Below, one piece after another: positions 29,301 to 38,500 of a DNA stretch of 64,000 bases. The DNA comes from Candidatus Latescibacterota bacterium (GTDB lineage Bacteria; Latescibacterota; UBA2968; UBA8231), in the NCBI GenBank assembly GCA_965217585.1, contig OZ244561.1, positions 4,960,001-5,024,000 on the forward strand, given 5' to 3'. Within the stretch, counting starts at the first letter, position 1. Every line of letters starts with the position of its first letter. A model generated the notes under the pieces. It was not told where the DNA came from, did no database searches, and worked only from the letters and a program-made list of their open reading frames with translations. Position numbers and translations under genes: made by a program.

Positions 29301-29533
29301 CTGAACAGGCAGATTTCCTTTTTGCCGCAGGTGGCTCCAATGATCAGGCCGTCGCGCTGCCGGCGGACCATTGCAGTCACCATGCACTCATTGACGGGCA
29401 GGGCCTCGAACAGAGGCACCATCTGGGCGCTTTCCCGCTTTAGGTCCAGCGCGGGGCTGGCCGCGTTGCCAGCGTCGGCGAGCAGCAGGGAAAAAGCGAA
29501 AATGGCGCAGCTTGTGAATTTTATCCGATACAT
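26321..29533 (-). CDS. Large secreted protein: N-terminal beta-propeller, beta-sandwich region, transglutaminase-like domain
   Basis: Signal peptide; G.DG.IY repeats; GMCTHYA...HCLAEIWS...KWILQDP (Cys-His-Asp). Confidence 0.78.
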   Translation of the reverse strand: MYRIKFTSCAIFAFSLLLADAGNAASPALDLKRESAQMVPLFEALPVNECMVTAMVRRQRDGLIIGATCGKKEICLFSFDPSSTTVKMLDCFEALWWDEPRLALGPEGDIYLGARRAYDKQFFFERLRQRPHTPGTFRRRDSVPPPHLMDRAAPGMPLRHYSPAGRLLAEIALPEFPEPDGVGALTVDATGQILCGLTAPGGRLFTVALSSGQNKDYGEVVPLPQHHHTRPISKVLLAADNGKIYLSGTSTGASGDDDMGRILELDPRTGVLKPLDARLPAIVGRRRFAAIDAAVKLDDGSFLAGTTDGHLFRFDPKAALVEGFGKPLRQHRIPGLARGADGLIYGVGGEQGGLPRLFAFDPVQRRMYLGTWPGGMQPEGGHRTFGAIGAVVSTADGTLICGERERRGYLLLYYPQDRQMSSGEPPRTAETKARYTTASATSSKWKRTFEGETLTNCTRDRFIDFSAASGALGLAPTYLIADAMARSSKISEPLTDQIQVKKVFELPSAVEKAEILFFGGGGSEQTPMLIVVNGHEIRHVQNREKMLTGGWDRETIPGRYLQQGSNELVFSGAGFLLIDADRPGKNSFKRLAGESSEWKSDILGSENNLSGEYVVRIRVHGYPPEGTLTSPIIDVAAEYALPPKVEVSALRLSADLALRPQTAVRLAVRTGSTARYAPDKWSPWQAADSASTLPGQRFVQWRATLSSRDARITPLVKKVTIEASGRVSGVNHPDIEVIEAPDHAIAVSSYDFDYADPHHPRMRHLREKYRLDEIVAPGKTEMEKFALLRQWVRRQWEGWNENEYNYCPQWDALEILELAPQNLALGMCTHYAAVFAQCAAALGYHARALIVDHHCLAEIWSDQYGKWILQDPGLLPGHQVAFQYERAGVPINALEMHRSAAANSAEDIDIIPPPPIPVDRMRQMFVDLYLRFGIPLRNDHLYRSEPQELEQGMDQYHWDGHLWWTDSLDPRYPEYSLQTTRPEDFYWSLNKTRIDLEDTETTAALSVQLSGPIPNFARFEVSLDEGAWQESDPSFAWQLRPGSNTLQAKAVNTMGLQGPVNRVVLEYRSN

Positions 29534-29539
29534 GGATCC

Positions 29540-30826
29540 TCAATCCGCGGTCAGCCGGGGAAATTCGAGGATGTAATACGGATAGGTCGCCATGATGTAC
29601 AGGGTTCCATCTGGCCCTATTGCCGAGCCTTGGATCGAGCCCAGACCATTGTGCAAATCTCGGTGTGCGGCAAACTCCGCATCGACGACATAGCCGAGAC
29701 ATTCGCCTTGGCCCCGGTGCGGATCGTAGCGCATAATCAGGGTCTGCTTCGGGTTTTGGCCCACATCCGCGGTCCAGTAGATCCGGCCCTTGGCGTCCTG
29801 TATCATGGTGTGGATATCGCTGCTCTCGGCAAAGGGCTCGGGGACTGAATTGCAGACATAGCGCATGGGCACGACTCCGCTGTCGGCGCCGGCTAGGTCG
29901 AATTCCTGAATTTGCCTGAGGTCGCCTCCGTAGAGCTTCATGCCGCGCCGGTTGAAATCGGCCCCGAGTTTGCTACCGCCGCCGCCAATTACACAGGCGT
30001 ACGGTTTTTCGTAGGGCGGCGCACCTGCTGGGACGCGCACTTTGTACTCGACGAGTTCGTCTCTTTCCACGTCGTAGCGGGTCATTCTGCCGCGATTGGG
30101 TATCCACACATCGCCCCGATCGTCCATGTCGATGTAGCGGCTCCAGGTGCCCACTCGCCCTTTGTCGATCACCTGGTGCGTGTCCAGTTCGTAGATGAGA
30201 AAGTGCATGCGCGGTTCGGTTTTGAAATAGATGCGGCGGCGCTCGTGGTCGACAATGCCGTTCATTAGACCGTCCTGGGCGCGCAGGATGCCAAGGTCCT
30301 GAGCTAGGCCCGTGCGCGGATCATAGGCGATTAAATGACCGCCGGGATAACCGCCGGCCTGTTCGCCGATTTCGGGTCTGGTGGCAAATAGTTCGTGTCC
30401 TTGCTTGGTGCCACCGTATATGCGGCCATCGGGGCCGATGGCCAGTTGCGTGTGCGTCTTACCCTGGGTATTGGTGTCGTACAGGTTTTCGGCGATGGTC
30501 CGGCTCAGGTCGACTACTTTCTCGATACTGCGGTCTCGGGGGTCATAGACCAGCCAGTCGCCGTAATCGTAGTAGTTGGCCGTGCCCAGGTAGACCTTGC
30601 CGTCGGGCCCTGCCACGCAAGCGGTGTACCCCGATTTGTTGTTGGCGTATTCATCGGGCACCGGGGTGGCCCAGCAGAACAGCGGCTCGAGGTCGGCCAC
30701 TTCGGGTTGCTGTAGGGCGGCGGGCACTGGTCCTGTGGGCTCTGGGGCCGTGCGGCAGAGGGCAGGACCCGCTAGCAACAGGCCCAGGGCCGGGAGCACC
30801 CAAAGCGATGCGGCTCGATTTTTCAT
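29540..30826 (-). CDS. Secreted beta-propeller protein
   Basis: Signal peptide MKNRAASLW...; repeated GPDGKVYLG, GPDGRIYGG, YDPRTG, GPDGTLYI. Confidence 0.75.
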   Translation of the reverse strand: MKNRAASLWVLPALGLLLAGPALCRTAPEPTGPVPAALQQPEVADLEPLFCWATPVPDEYANNKSGYTACVAGPDGKVYLGTANYYDYGDWLVYDPRDRSIEKVVDLSRTIAENLYDTNTQGKTHTQLAIGPDGRIYGGTKQGHELFATRPEIGEQAGGYPGGHLIAYDPRTGLAQDLGILRAQDGLMNGIVDHERRRIYFKTEPRMHFLIYELDTHQVIDKGRVGTWSRYIDMDDRGDVWIPNRGRMTRYDVERDELVEYKVRVPAGAPPYEKPYACVIGGGGSKLGADFNRRGMKLYGGDLRQIQEFDLAGADSGVVPMRYVCNSVPEPFAESSDIHTMIQDAKGRIYWTADVGQNPKQTLIMRYDPHRGQGECLGYVVDAEFAAHRDLHNGLGSIQGSAIGPDGTLYIMATYPYYILEFPRLTAD

Positions 30827-30830
30827 GGAC

Positions 30831-32018
30831 TTATTCTCTGCCGGGCGGATCGCCGAGGTCGGGTATTGGGAGGAGGGCACCTCCCTGGAGGGCGGACTCG
30901 TGGGCGACGAGGCCGGGGAGCATGTAGCGGGCTGCGTCCCAGGCGTTGTTGGGTGGAAGCTGGCCGCTGGCGCAGGCGGTGACGAAGTCGTGGACGAGGA
31001 ACTGATGCGCGCCCGCGTGGCCATTGGGCAGGCCAGCGAACTCGCGCGGCAGGTGCTCGACCGGGTGAACGGCCGATGCGCCGAGGTGGGTGCCGTCGGC
31101 CGCGGTGACTTTATTCATGGGATCGTCGGCTTGGAGCGGCTGGCCGGTGCAGGCTAGGAGCTGATCTAGGTTTTCTTGTTGGGCGTGGTCTTTGGTCAGC
31201 CAACGGGCACCGCTGGCGGATTGCTCGAAGCAGCCTTCGGTACCTTGGAGGATCATCTGTACGCAGCCGGGGTGGCCGATGCGGCGGAATTCGTTGATGC
31301 GGCAGGCGCTGCCGTCGGACATCTTGTACAGGGCGCTCTGGTTGCTGAAGGGGTTTTGCCAGTCGTTGTGCTGGTAGATGCCGTCGGCGTGTTCGTCGCG
31401 GAATCCCTGGCAGGACACATGCGTCATGTAGGCACCCGTAACGGAGATGATCTGACTCGTCGAATGGGTCGGGTAATACATCGGCGGAATGCCAGCGCTC
31501 GCCCGCCAATTTTCTCCGCCGCGCCAGCGCGCCACGTCGTAAAGGCCGTGATCCCAGTCATGGTAGTACTCGGCTTGGCCATAGACGATCTGGCCAAAAG
31601 CGCCACGGGCGTGCTGCTGGCGGCAGTAGAGCACGCCGGGATAATAATAGCTGGTCTCCCCGAGCATGTACACCTTGCTGCTGCGCGCGGCGGCCGCGAC
31701 TAGGTTTTCTATTTCCGCGTAGCTAATGCCGGGGGGCACGGCTGAGTACACGTGTTTGCCGGCCTCTAGGGCTTGGATGGCTTGGGGGCCGTGGAGCCAG
31801 TTTTGGGTGAAGAGGCAAACGGCGTCTATGGACGAGCCACAGAGCGCGTCGAGCGAGGGGCTTAGGTCGGTTATCGCGTGTTTGGCGGCGTTGCGTGCCA
31901 ACTTCTCGCGGTCCAAATCGCAGAGGACGACTTGGCCGACGAGGGGGTGTGCTTTGAAGAGGGGAATAAAGCTCTGGGCGAAAGAGCCTGTGCCGACGAT
32001 GCCGATGCGTAAGCTCAT
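30831..32018 (-). CDS. Gfo/Idh/MocA oxidoreductase
   Basis: RIGIVGTGSF, LCDLD, AGKHVYSAVP, Y..AEYYHD, YPTHS. Confidence 0.9.
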   Translation of the reverse strand: MSLRIGIVGTGSFAQSFIPLFKAHPLVGQVVLCDLDREKLARNAAKHAITDLSPSLDALCGSSIDAVCLFTQNWLHGPQAIQALEAGKHVYSAVPPGISYAEIENLVAAAARSSKVYMLGETSYYYPGVLYCRQQHARGAFGQIVYGQAEYYHDWDHGLYDVARWRGGENWRASAGIPPMYYPTHSTSQIISVTGAYMTHVSCQGFRDEHADGIYQHNDWQNPFSNQSALYKMSDGSACRINEFRRIGHPGCVQMILQGTEGCFEQSASGARWLTKDHAQQENLDQLLACTGQPLQADDPMNKVTAADGTHLGASAVHPVEHLPREFAGLPNGHAGAHQFLVHDFVTACASGQLPPNNAWDAARYMLPGLVAHESALQGGALLPIPDLGDPPGRE

Positions 32019-32025
32019 GGGGGGC

Positions 32026-32054
32026 AAGGTACGGCGGGTGGATAGGAGGCGCAA
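32026..32054 (-). promoter_or_regulatory. Sigma70-like promoter giving a likely leaderless Gfo mRNA
   Basis: TTGCGC-17 bp-TACCTT-7 nt-ATG with no SD; same elements preserved in the copy at 26280-26308. Confidence 0.65.
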
Positions 32055-32090
32055 TAGAATCTGTAATTAACGTTAGGCACAGGCTTCCCG

Positions 32091-32131
32091 GTAGAGATGC
32101 TTCGACTCCGCTCCGCTCCGCTCAGCATGAC
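32091..32131. repeat. REP-like short palindromic element (GTAG/GTCAT-tagged)
   Basis: GTAGAGATGCTTCGACTCCGCTCCGCTCCGCTCAGCATGAC; reverse reads GTCATGCTGAGCGGAGC...GAAGCATCT, resembling widespread GTCATnCTGAGCGnAGCGAAG repeats. Confidence 0.55.
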
Positions 32132-32227
32132 TAAGATGGGCAGTTCCCGGCCTGTTGATTTGGCGTTGGCGAGGCCGTGCGCTATTTTGCAGCCGACCTG
32201 TCCACTCTCTTGCCCGGCTAAAATCCC

Positions 32228-33055
32228 ATGTCCAGTCCCATCGCAGCCGACCGGCCGTACTCGCCGGAAGAAACCCAGCGCATCATCGAGCAATTCAACC
32301 GCGACGGCTACTATCACCTAGGGCCCGTCCTCGCAGCCGATGAGGTCGAGGCCCTGCGCGAGGCCCTGGCGCGCAAAGTCGCAGATCCCCGCATCCTGAA
32401 CGACCAAGCAGGCGATCACATCCGCGGCATCAGCCTCATGCGCATGTTCGAATACAGCGAGGCCTTCCGCGACTTGGTCGTCCGCGAGCCGTTTGCCAGC
32501 TTGGCCGAAGCCATCTTGGGCGACAACTGCCACCTCATGTCGCAAAACGCCCTGTACACCGAGCCCGATTCTAGCAAAGTGCCCGACGGCCCCGGCGGCT
32601 GGCACCTCGACGATTTGATTCACTTCCCTCTGCCCGATGAGGTGGAACAGCACGACCCGCGCATCGCCATGCCCTGCTTTGTGTTGCAGATTTTTACCCC
32701 GGTCAGCGATGTGGAAAGCATTGAATATGGCCCCACGCAGGTCGTGCCCGGCAGCCATCGCGCCGGTCGTCGCCCCGCCTCCCAAGACGCGCCCACCTTT
32801 TGCGGGACGGGACCGGTCTCCTTGTTTGCCCGGGCTGGCGACGCCTACATGTTCAACAACCAGATCTGGCACCGGGGTGCCCCCAATGCCTCGGATCGCA
32901 CGCGCTTCATGGCCGGCGCCACGTACAGCAAGCGCTTTATCTCCCAACGCTTTTATCCCTTTATCGACTACCGCATGCCGCCGCACGTGCTGGAGGGCGC
33001 CTCGCCCCGTCTGCAGCGCTTGCTCGGCCGCCACGAGAAAGGCTCCTACGGCTGA
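32228..33055 (+). CDS. PhyH-family Fe/2OG dioxygenase
   Basis: FNRDGY, GWHLD, GPTQVVPGSH, WHRGAPNASDRTR. Confidence 0.9.
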   Translation: MSSPIAADRPYSPEETQRIIEQFNRDGYYHLGPVLAADEVEALREALARKVADPRILNDQAGDHIRGISLMRMFEYSEAFRDLVVREPFASLAEAILGDNCHLMSQNALYTEPDSSKVPDGPGGWHLDDLIHFPLPDEVEQHDPRIAMPCFVLQIFTPVSDVESIEYGPTQVVPGSHRAGRRPASQDAPTFCGTGPVSLFARAGDAYMFNNQIWHRGAPNASDRTRFMAGATYSKRFISQRFYPFIDYRMPPHVLEGASPRLQRLLGRHEKGSYG

Positions 33056-33225
33056 GGTCAGATTCCGCCCGCTCTCTGGCCACCTACCGCAGCACAACTG
33101 GGGAGACGAAGTGGGAAGAGCTGACCGCCACGGCGCAGATGGGCGAGAGAGTTGAGCGCTGAACCATGAGACGGGGAGACGGGCTCGAAGATGAGTCTCC
33201 TCCTCGCCGGGACAAGGACTTCACC

Positions 33226-34221
33226 ATGAAATTTGGCATCATCGGCTGCGGCTCCATAGCCGAGCATTCGTTCGGGCCGAGCCTGCTGGCTTCGGAACGG
33301 ACCGACCTCGTCGCCGTCTGCCGTCGCGACCTCGAGGCAGCCAGGGCATTCGCGGCGCGATTCAGTGGCCCGCGCGCGTACGGCTCGGCGGCGGAGCTGG
33401 TGCGCGACGACCGGGTGGAGGCTGTCATCGTGTCGACGCCGGCCGATACCCATTGCGACTACACCTGCTTGGCGGCGGAGCACGGAAAGCACGTACTATG
33501 CGAGAAGCCGATGGCGAGAAACGCCGCCGAGTGTCGCGAAATGATCGCCACGTGCCGGGCTCACGGCGTGACCCTGGCGGTCGCCTACCGCCGGCGCACC
33601 TGTCCGCAAGTGGTCGCGGCCAAGCGGTTGATCGCCGCGGGCCGCATCGGCCGGGTCGTTTTCGCGCGTACCCATTACAGCGGGCGCTGGGATCCGGAAG
33701 CGGGGGATTGGCGGATCGAACCGGGCATCGGCGGCGCCCTGATGGAAATGGCGTCTCATCGCATCGAAGTGCTGTTGAACTTCGGCGGCCGGCCGCAGTC
33801 GGTGAGCGCTGTGGTCGACACGGTCGGCCACGACTGGCCCGTCGATGACACCGACGCCCTGATCGTGCGCTTCGAGGGTGGCGGGATCGGCATGCACTCG
33901 ACGATCCTGACCTCGCCACCGCGTCGCGACTTTGCCCAGATCGACGGCGATGGCGGCAGGATACTGATTGACCCGCTGGAGTTGACGGCGGATCACCTAA
34001 TTCTGGAACTGCCCGATGGAACTGAGAGGATTGAGGTGGAGCCGCTGCAGGAGAAGCTATTCGATCTGCCGATGATCGAGGATTTCGCCGCCGCCGCGGA
34101 GCGCGGTGAAAAACCGGTCTGTGACGCGGAGAGCGGCTACTGGGTGCAGGCGGTCGCCGACGCCGCCCGCGCCTCATCGAGTTCAGGTGCCGCGGTCGCC
34201 ATCGAACCGCTGGGCTCTTGA
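33226..34221 (+). CDS. Gfo/Idh/MocA oxidoreductase
   Basis: MKFGIIGCGSIA, GKHVLCEKPMA, GRIGRV, GGALM. Confidence 0.92.
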   Translation: MKFGIIGCGSIAEHSFGPSLLASERTDLVAVCRRDLEAARAFAARFSGPRAYGSAAELVRDDRVEAVIVSTPADTHCDYTCLAAEHGKHVLCEKPMARNAAECREMIATCRAHGVTLAVAYRRRTCPQVVAAKRLIAAGRIGRVVFARTHYSGRWDPEAGDWRIEPGIGGALMEMASHRIEVLLNFGGRPQSVSAVVDTVGHDWPVDDTDALIVRFEGGGIGMHSTILTSPPRRDFAQIDGDGGRILIDPLELTADHLILELPDGTERIEVEPLQEKLFDLPMIEDFAAAAERGEKPVCDAESGYWVQAVADAARASSSSGAAVAIEPLGS

Positions 34222-34283
34222 GGGTGCCTCGCCCCGTTTGCAGCGCTTGCTCGGCCGCCAGGAGAAAGGTGCCTACGGCTGAG
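34220..34283 (+). repeat. 64-bp direct repeat of the phyH 3' end (32993-33056)
   Basis: 59/64 identical by manual alignment; encodes EGASPRLQRLLGRQEKGAYG* versus EGASPRLQRLLGRHEKGSYG*. Confidence 0.93.
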
Positions 34284-34289
34284 TGCGGG

Positions 34290-35378
34290 TTATTGGGTGG
34301 CGCGCACTTCGTCGGACCAATCTCGCCAGATGTCGCCGTTGGTGTTGTCCACTACCAGTGGGTCGGGGAGGGATGCGGGCGTTTTGAGGAAACCGTAGAT
34401 GGTTGCTTGGCGGATGACGTCAGCAGATAGATTTTGCCCGGCGATGTGCAAAATTTTGGTGTGCCACAAAACCACCGTGCCAGCGGGGCCGTGGCAATCG
34501 ACGGGCTGGGTATCGACCTTGATGCGTTGGATGACGGGGTCGTTGTAGCCGCCGGCCTTGCGTTCCGCCAAATGTTTGTCGGTGTGCTTTTCGCCTTCGA
34601 GAAAGGTCTCCCACTGCTCGCGCCAGATCCGGCTGTGGCTGCCCGGCCACACCGTGAAGCCGCCGGAATTGGGCGGTAGGTCGTCGATGTACGCCGACAT
34701 TTGCAGCCGCCAGCGGCCGTAGCAGGCACCGTCGGAGTGGGCACCTCGGTAGTCGGGGCCAGGAGACGGACTGTTGGGCAGGGTGCAATACAAGCCGCGC
34801 GTCCCTTGTCCGTTGAGCCATATCGGGCCGGTCTTGGGCAGGCGCAGTGCTTCCTCGGTGGTGAAGGATCCTTTCTCTGGCCACTTCTCGATCTCTTTGC
34901 CCAAGTGGCTGGCTAGCCCTCCCACTGCATCGTCGCACATGAAGCACGGACCCGTCGTGATGCCAGCGTCATCCTCTCCAGCGGGCCACACTACCGTGTC
35001 CTCGCCAAGCAATTGCTCGGCGACTTGCCACAAGGCCCGAGGGGCCAAGTCGAGCATGAATTGTTCGGCACCGTTGCGGACATAGAAGCGGTGGCTGTTG
35101 CCGGCGAAATAGGGATCTCCGCCGATCTCGGGCCGTTGCGCGTTCAGCACGGAGCTTTCTTCCTCGGTAAGCGGGTCCCAGGTGGAGGGATCGTCCCGTT
35201 TTATGCGGGGCAAGTGGGTTGCAATCGCGGCCCACATTTCGTCCCTGGCTTGGCGGCAGAGTTCGGGGTCGAGCACGGCGGGGAGTACGAGGAATCCGTC
35301 GCGCTTGAACTGGGCTATTTGGCTCGCGGTTAGGAGCGGGACTTGCTGTACGCTTGGGGTGGTTGGCGTTGGTTGCAT
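34290..35378 (-). CDS. PhyH-family dioxygenase
   Basis: LTASQIAQFKRDGFLVL, AHSD, GGFTVWPGSH, G.AGTVVLWH..ILH..G.N. Confidence 0.85.
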   Translation of the reverse strand: MQPTPTTPSVQQVPLLTASQIAQFKRDGFLVLPAVLDPELCRQARDEMWAAIATHLPRIKRDDPSTWDPLTEEESSVLNAQRPEIGGDPYFAGNSHRFYVRNGAEQFMLDLAPRALWQVAEQLLGEDTVVWPAGEDDAGITTGPCFMCDDAVGGLASHLGKEIEKWPEKGSFTTEEALRLPKTGPIWLNGQGTRGLYCTLPNSPSPGPDYRGAHSDGACYGRWRLQMSAYIDDLPPNSGGFTVWPGSHSRIWREQWETFLEGEKHTDKHLAERKAGGYNDPVIQRIKVDTQPVDCHGPAGTVVLWHTKILHIAGQNLSADVIRQATIYGFLKTPASLPDPLVVDNTNGDIWRDWSDEVRATQ

Positions 35379-35536
35379 TTTCCTTTTCCTATTAAGACCG
35401 GTGGTTAGGGGCTGACTATAGGCGTTACAAAGGGTCTTTTAGGGAGCTTGGTCAAGCGGCGTCTTCCATGAGTGATGGTGAGGCGGCGCGAACGTCCAAT
35501 CCAACCCTGCTATCGGATCACTGCGGCCGCACTTGG

Positions 35537-38500
35537 TCAAAGTTTGATGAGCTCCTCGGCGTTGCGGTAGCTGCGGAGATATTGGTCGAAGAGGTGATTC
35601 TTGAGCTCCGCTCCAAAGGCGCGATCATCAGTTATGCGCTTGTACAGATCAAAGTTAGAATCGACGATCTCCTGGATCACTTGCTCGACCTTGTGGTCGA
35701 AGGTCAAGCGCACGTTTTCTCGCGTATTCACCCGCGCTGCGGCATCGAGTGCGGCGTCGCCAGCGAGCCTTTCCATCATCTGGCTAAGAGTGACGCGATG
35801 TTCGGGGCCGAGTTCGATCCCAAAGCGCTCGTTTAGCTCGGCGATGATCCGAGACAGCGTCTCTATTTCTTCCGGTACATGTCCGTGCGCGTCCTTCGTA
35901 CCGATGGGGTCGAGCGTCCCCGCCTTGCGCTCAAGGCCGATTTTGCCGCTCCCCGTCTCCTGGACCCGATACGATTCCATATCGATGTTCTGCTGCACTT
36001 CGTGCGGTAATTCCTCTTGGTCGGCGGGTAAGAGTCGGCGCAAGTACCGTGCGAAGACGTAGAGCTTTTCCAGATCGACATCGGCAAAGGTCAATATCTG
36101 CGCGAGGAACGCATAAAGCCGCACGTAGTCCGTGAGCTTGCTGCGGAAATTCTGTCGCTCGTCCTCGTGTAGCTCCTGAAAACGAGCGACGACTGGATTG
36201 AGCACGGCGTAGAGCTGATCCTGCGTGACTGTGCCGTCGAAATAGACTTTGGCGAAACTGTCCACGTCGGTTTGGGCATAAACGGGGAACGTACCGAGGC
36301 TGGTTTGGATTTCGTAGAGCAGGTTGGGATCGGTCGCTTCCGACAACAGCGTCGTCTCGTAATAAGGCTCGAAGGCGGTCTTGATCTCGTCGGACTCGTT
36401 GGCGAAGTCGAGCACCATGGTGCCTTGTTTTTCCGCGTGTGTGCGGTTGAGGCGCGACAGCGTCTGCACTGCGTTCACGCCGCCGAGTTTTTTGTCCACA
36501 TACATCGTGTGTAGCAGCGGCTGGTCGAACCCGGTCTGAAACTTGTTGGCGACGATCAGGAAGCGATAGTCCGGGCCCTCGAACGTCTTGGCGGTCTGCG
36601 TCTCCGAGATTCCGTTCATACCTACTTCAGTGTAGGACCGGCCGTCATCGTCAACGGTGCCCGAGAACGCAACCAGCGCCTTGAACGGATATCCCCGCTC
36701 GGCAAGGTACTCGTCCACCGCCAGCTTGTAGCGCACTGCGTGCAGACGCGAGCGAGTGACGATCATTGCTTTCGCCCTGCCGTTGATCTGGTTCTGCACC
36801 TGCTCGGCAAAGTGCTCGACTATGATACGCACTTTCTCGCCGATGGCGTGCGGGTGCAGCTCGACAAAGGATTTGAGCAGAAAAGCGGCTTTGTGCTTGT
36901 CGTAGCGCGGATCGTCCTCGACTATCTTCCACAGCCGCCAATAGGCCGTGTAGGTGGTGTAGTTTCCCAAGACATCGAGGATAAACCCCTCCTCGATTGC
37001 TTGGCGCATGCTGTAGAGGTGAAATGGTGCGAACGAGCTGTCGGGGCGCTTGGTCCCGAAAAGCTCCAGCGTCTTGGGCTTGGGCGTCGCGGTGAAGGCA
37101 AAGGTCGAAAGATTGGGCAAGCGTCCGCGCTTTTCCATCTCGGCCAAGATCGCGTTCTCGCGCGCCTCTTCGGGGGTCTCGGCGTTGGATTCCTCACTCT
37201 CTGCCTCTTCGAGCGATGCCGGAGCCAGCACGGCCTTGAGGCTCTTGGTGCTCTCTCCCGACTGCGATGAGTGCGCTTCATCGACGATCAGGGCGAAGCG
37301 CTTGCCCGGCAGTGCGCCGATTTCCGCGGCGATCACCGGGAATTTCTGTAGCGTGGTGACGATGATCGTCTTGCCCGCTTCGAGGGCGTCTTTGAGTTGG
37401 CGCGAGGTGGTGTCGATGTTTTCCACCACGCCCAGCGTCTGCTCAAACTGGCGTATGGTGCTTTGGAGTTGGCGGTCGAGCACGCGGCGGTCGGTGATGA
37501 CCACGATGGAATCGAAGACGCGGCGGTCATTGGCATCGTGCAAGGTGGAGAGTTGGTGGGCGAGCCAAGCGATGGTAAAGCTCTTGCCGCTCCCGGCCGA
37601 GTGTTGGATGAGATAGTGCTGTCCCGTCCCCTTCTCGCGGGCATCGGCAACGAGCTGGCGCACGCAATCGAGTTGCTGATAGCGCGGAAAGATCAGGAAC
37701 CGCTTGCCGGTCTTGCGGCCGGTCTCATCTTCTTCTTCGACTTCGTGGATGAACTGGCGCACCAAGTCGAGTACGCTGTCGCGCGCCCAGGTTTCTTCCC
37801 AAAGATAGGCGGTGGCATAGCCGGTTTGCGTTGGTGGGATGGGTGGATTGCCAGCCCCGCCGAATTTACCCCGGTTATAGGGCAGGAAGCGCGTCTTGGG
37901 GCCGGCGAGATGCGTCGCGACGTAGACTAGGTTTGGATCGACGGCGAAATGGGCCAGACAGCGGTCATAGGCCAACAGGGGCTCGCGCGGATCGCGGTCG
38001 GTTTTGTATTGGCGGATCGCGTCCTCGACAGTCTGGCCGCTGAGTGGGTTCTTGAGTTCGGCGGTGAAGATTGGGATGCCGTTGAGGAACAGCATTAGAT
38101 CGAGGCTTTTTTCGTTTTTGGTGCTGTAGCGGACTTGGCGGACGACGGCGAAGAAGTTGGCCATGTACAACCGCCGTGTCTCCTCGTTGAGGCCGCTCGC
38201 CGGGCGGAAATAGGCGAGCCGGAACGTGCAGCCCATGTCCTTTACGCCAGTTCGCAGGACATTGAGTGCGCCACGGCGTTCAATTTCGGATGACACGCGT
38301 TTGAGAAACCGCTCTTTGACTTGGGTGCCGTAGTGTTGGGACAGCTTCTGCCATTCCTTTGGTTGCGTGGCCAGCACAAAGTCTAGGACATCGTTGGGTA
38401 AGAGGCACAGTGCGCGGTCGTAGTCCTGGGGTCGGCGTTTGAGATAGCCGCCGGGCTGCATTCCTTCGTCGCCGTAGGGCACCCGGCCCTCACTCGCAAC

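Noticed and set aside
33057-33225. Possible gene remnant at the start of the Gfo cassette
   Set aside because: Several frames are open, but none resembles a family I can identify; cannot be supported without a search.
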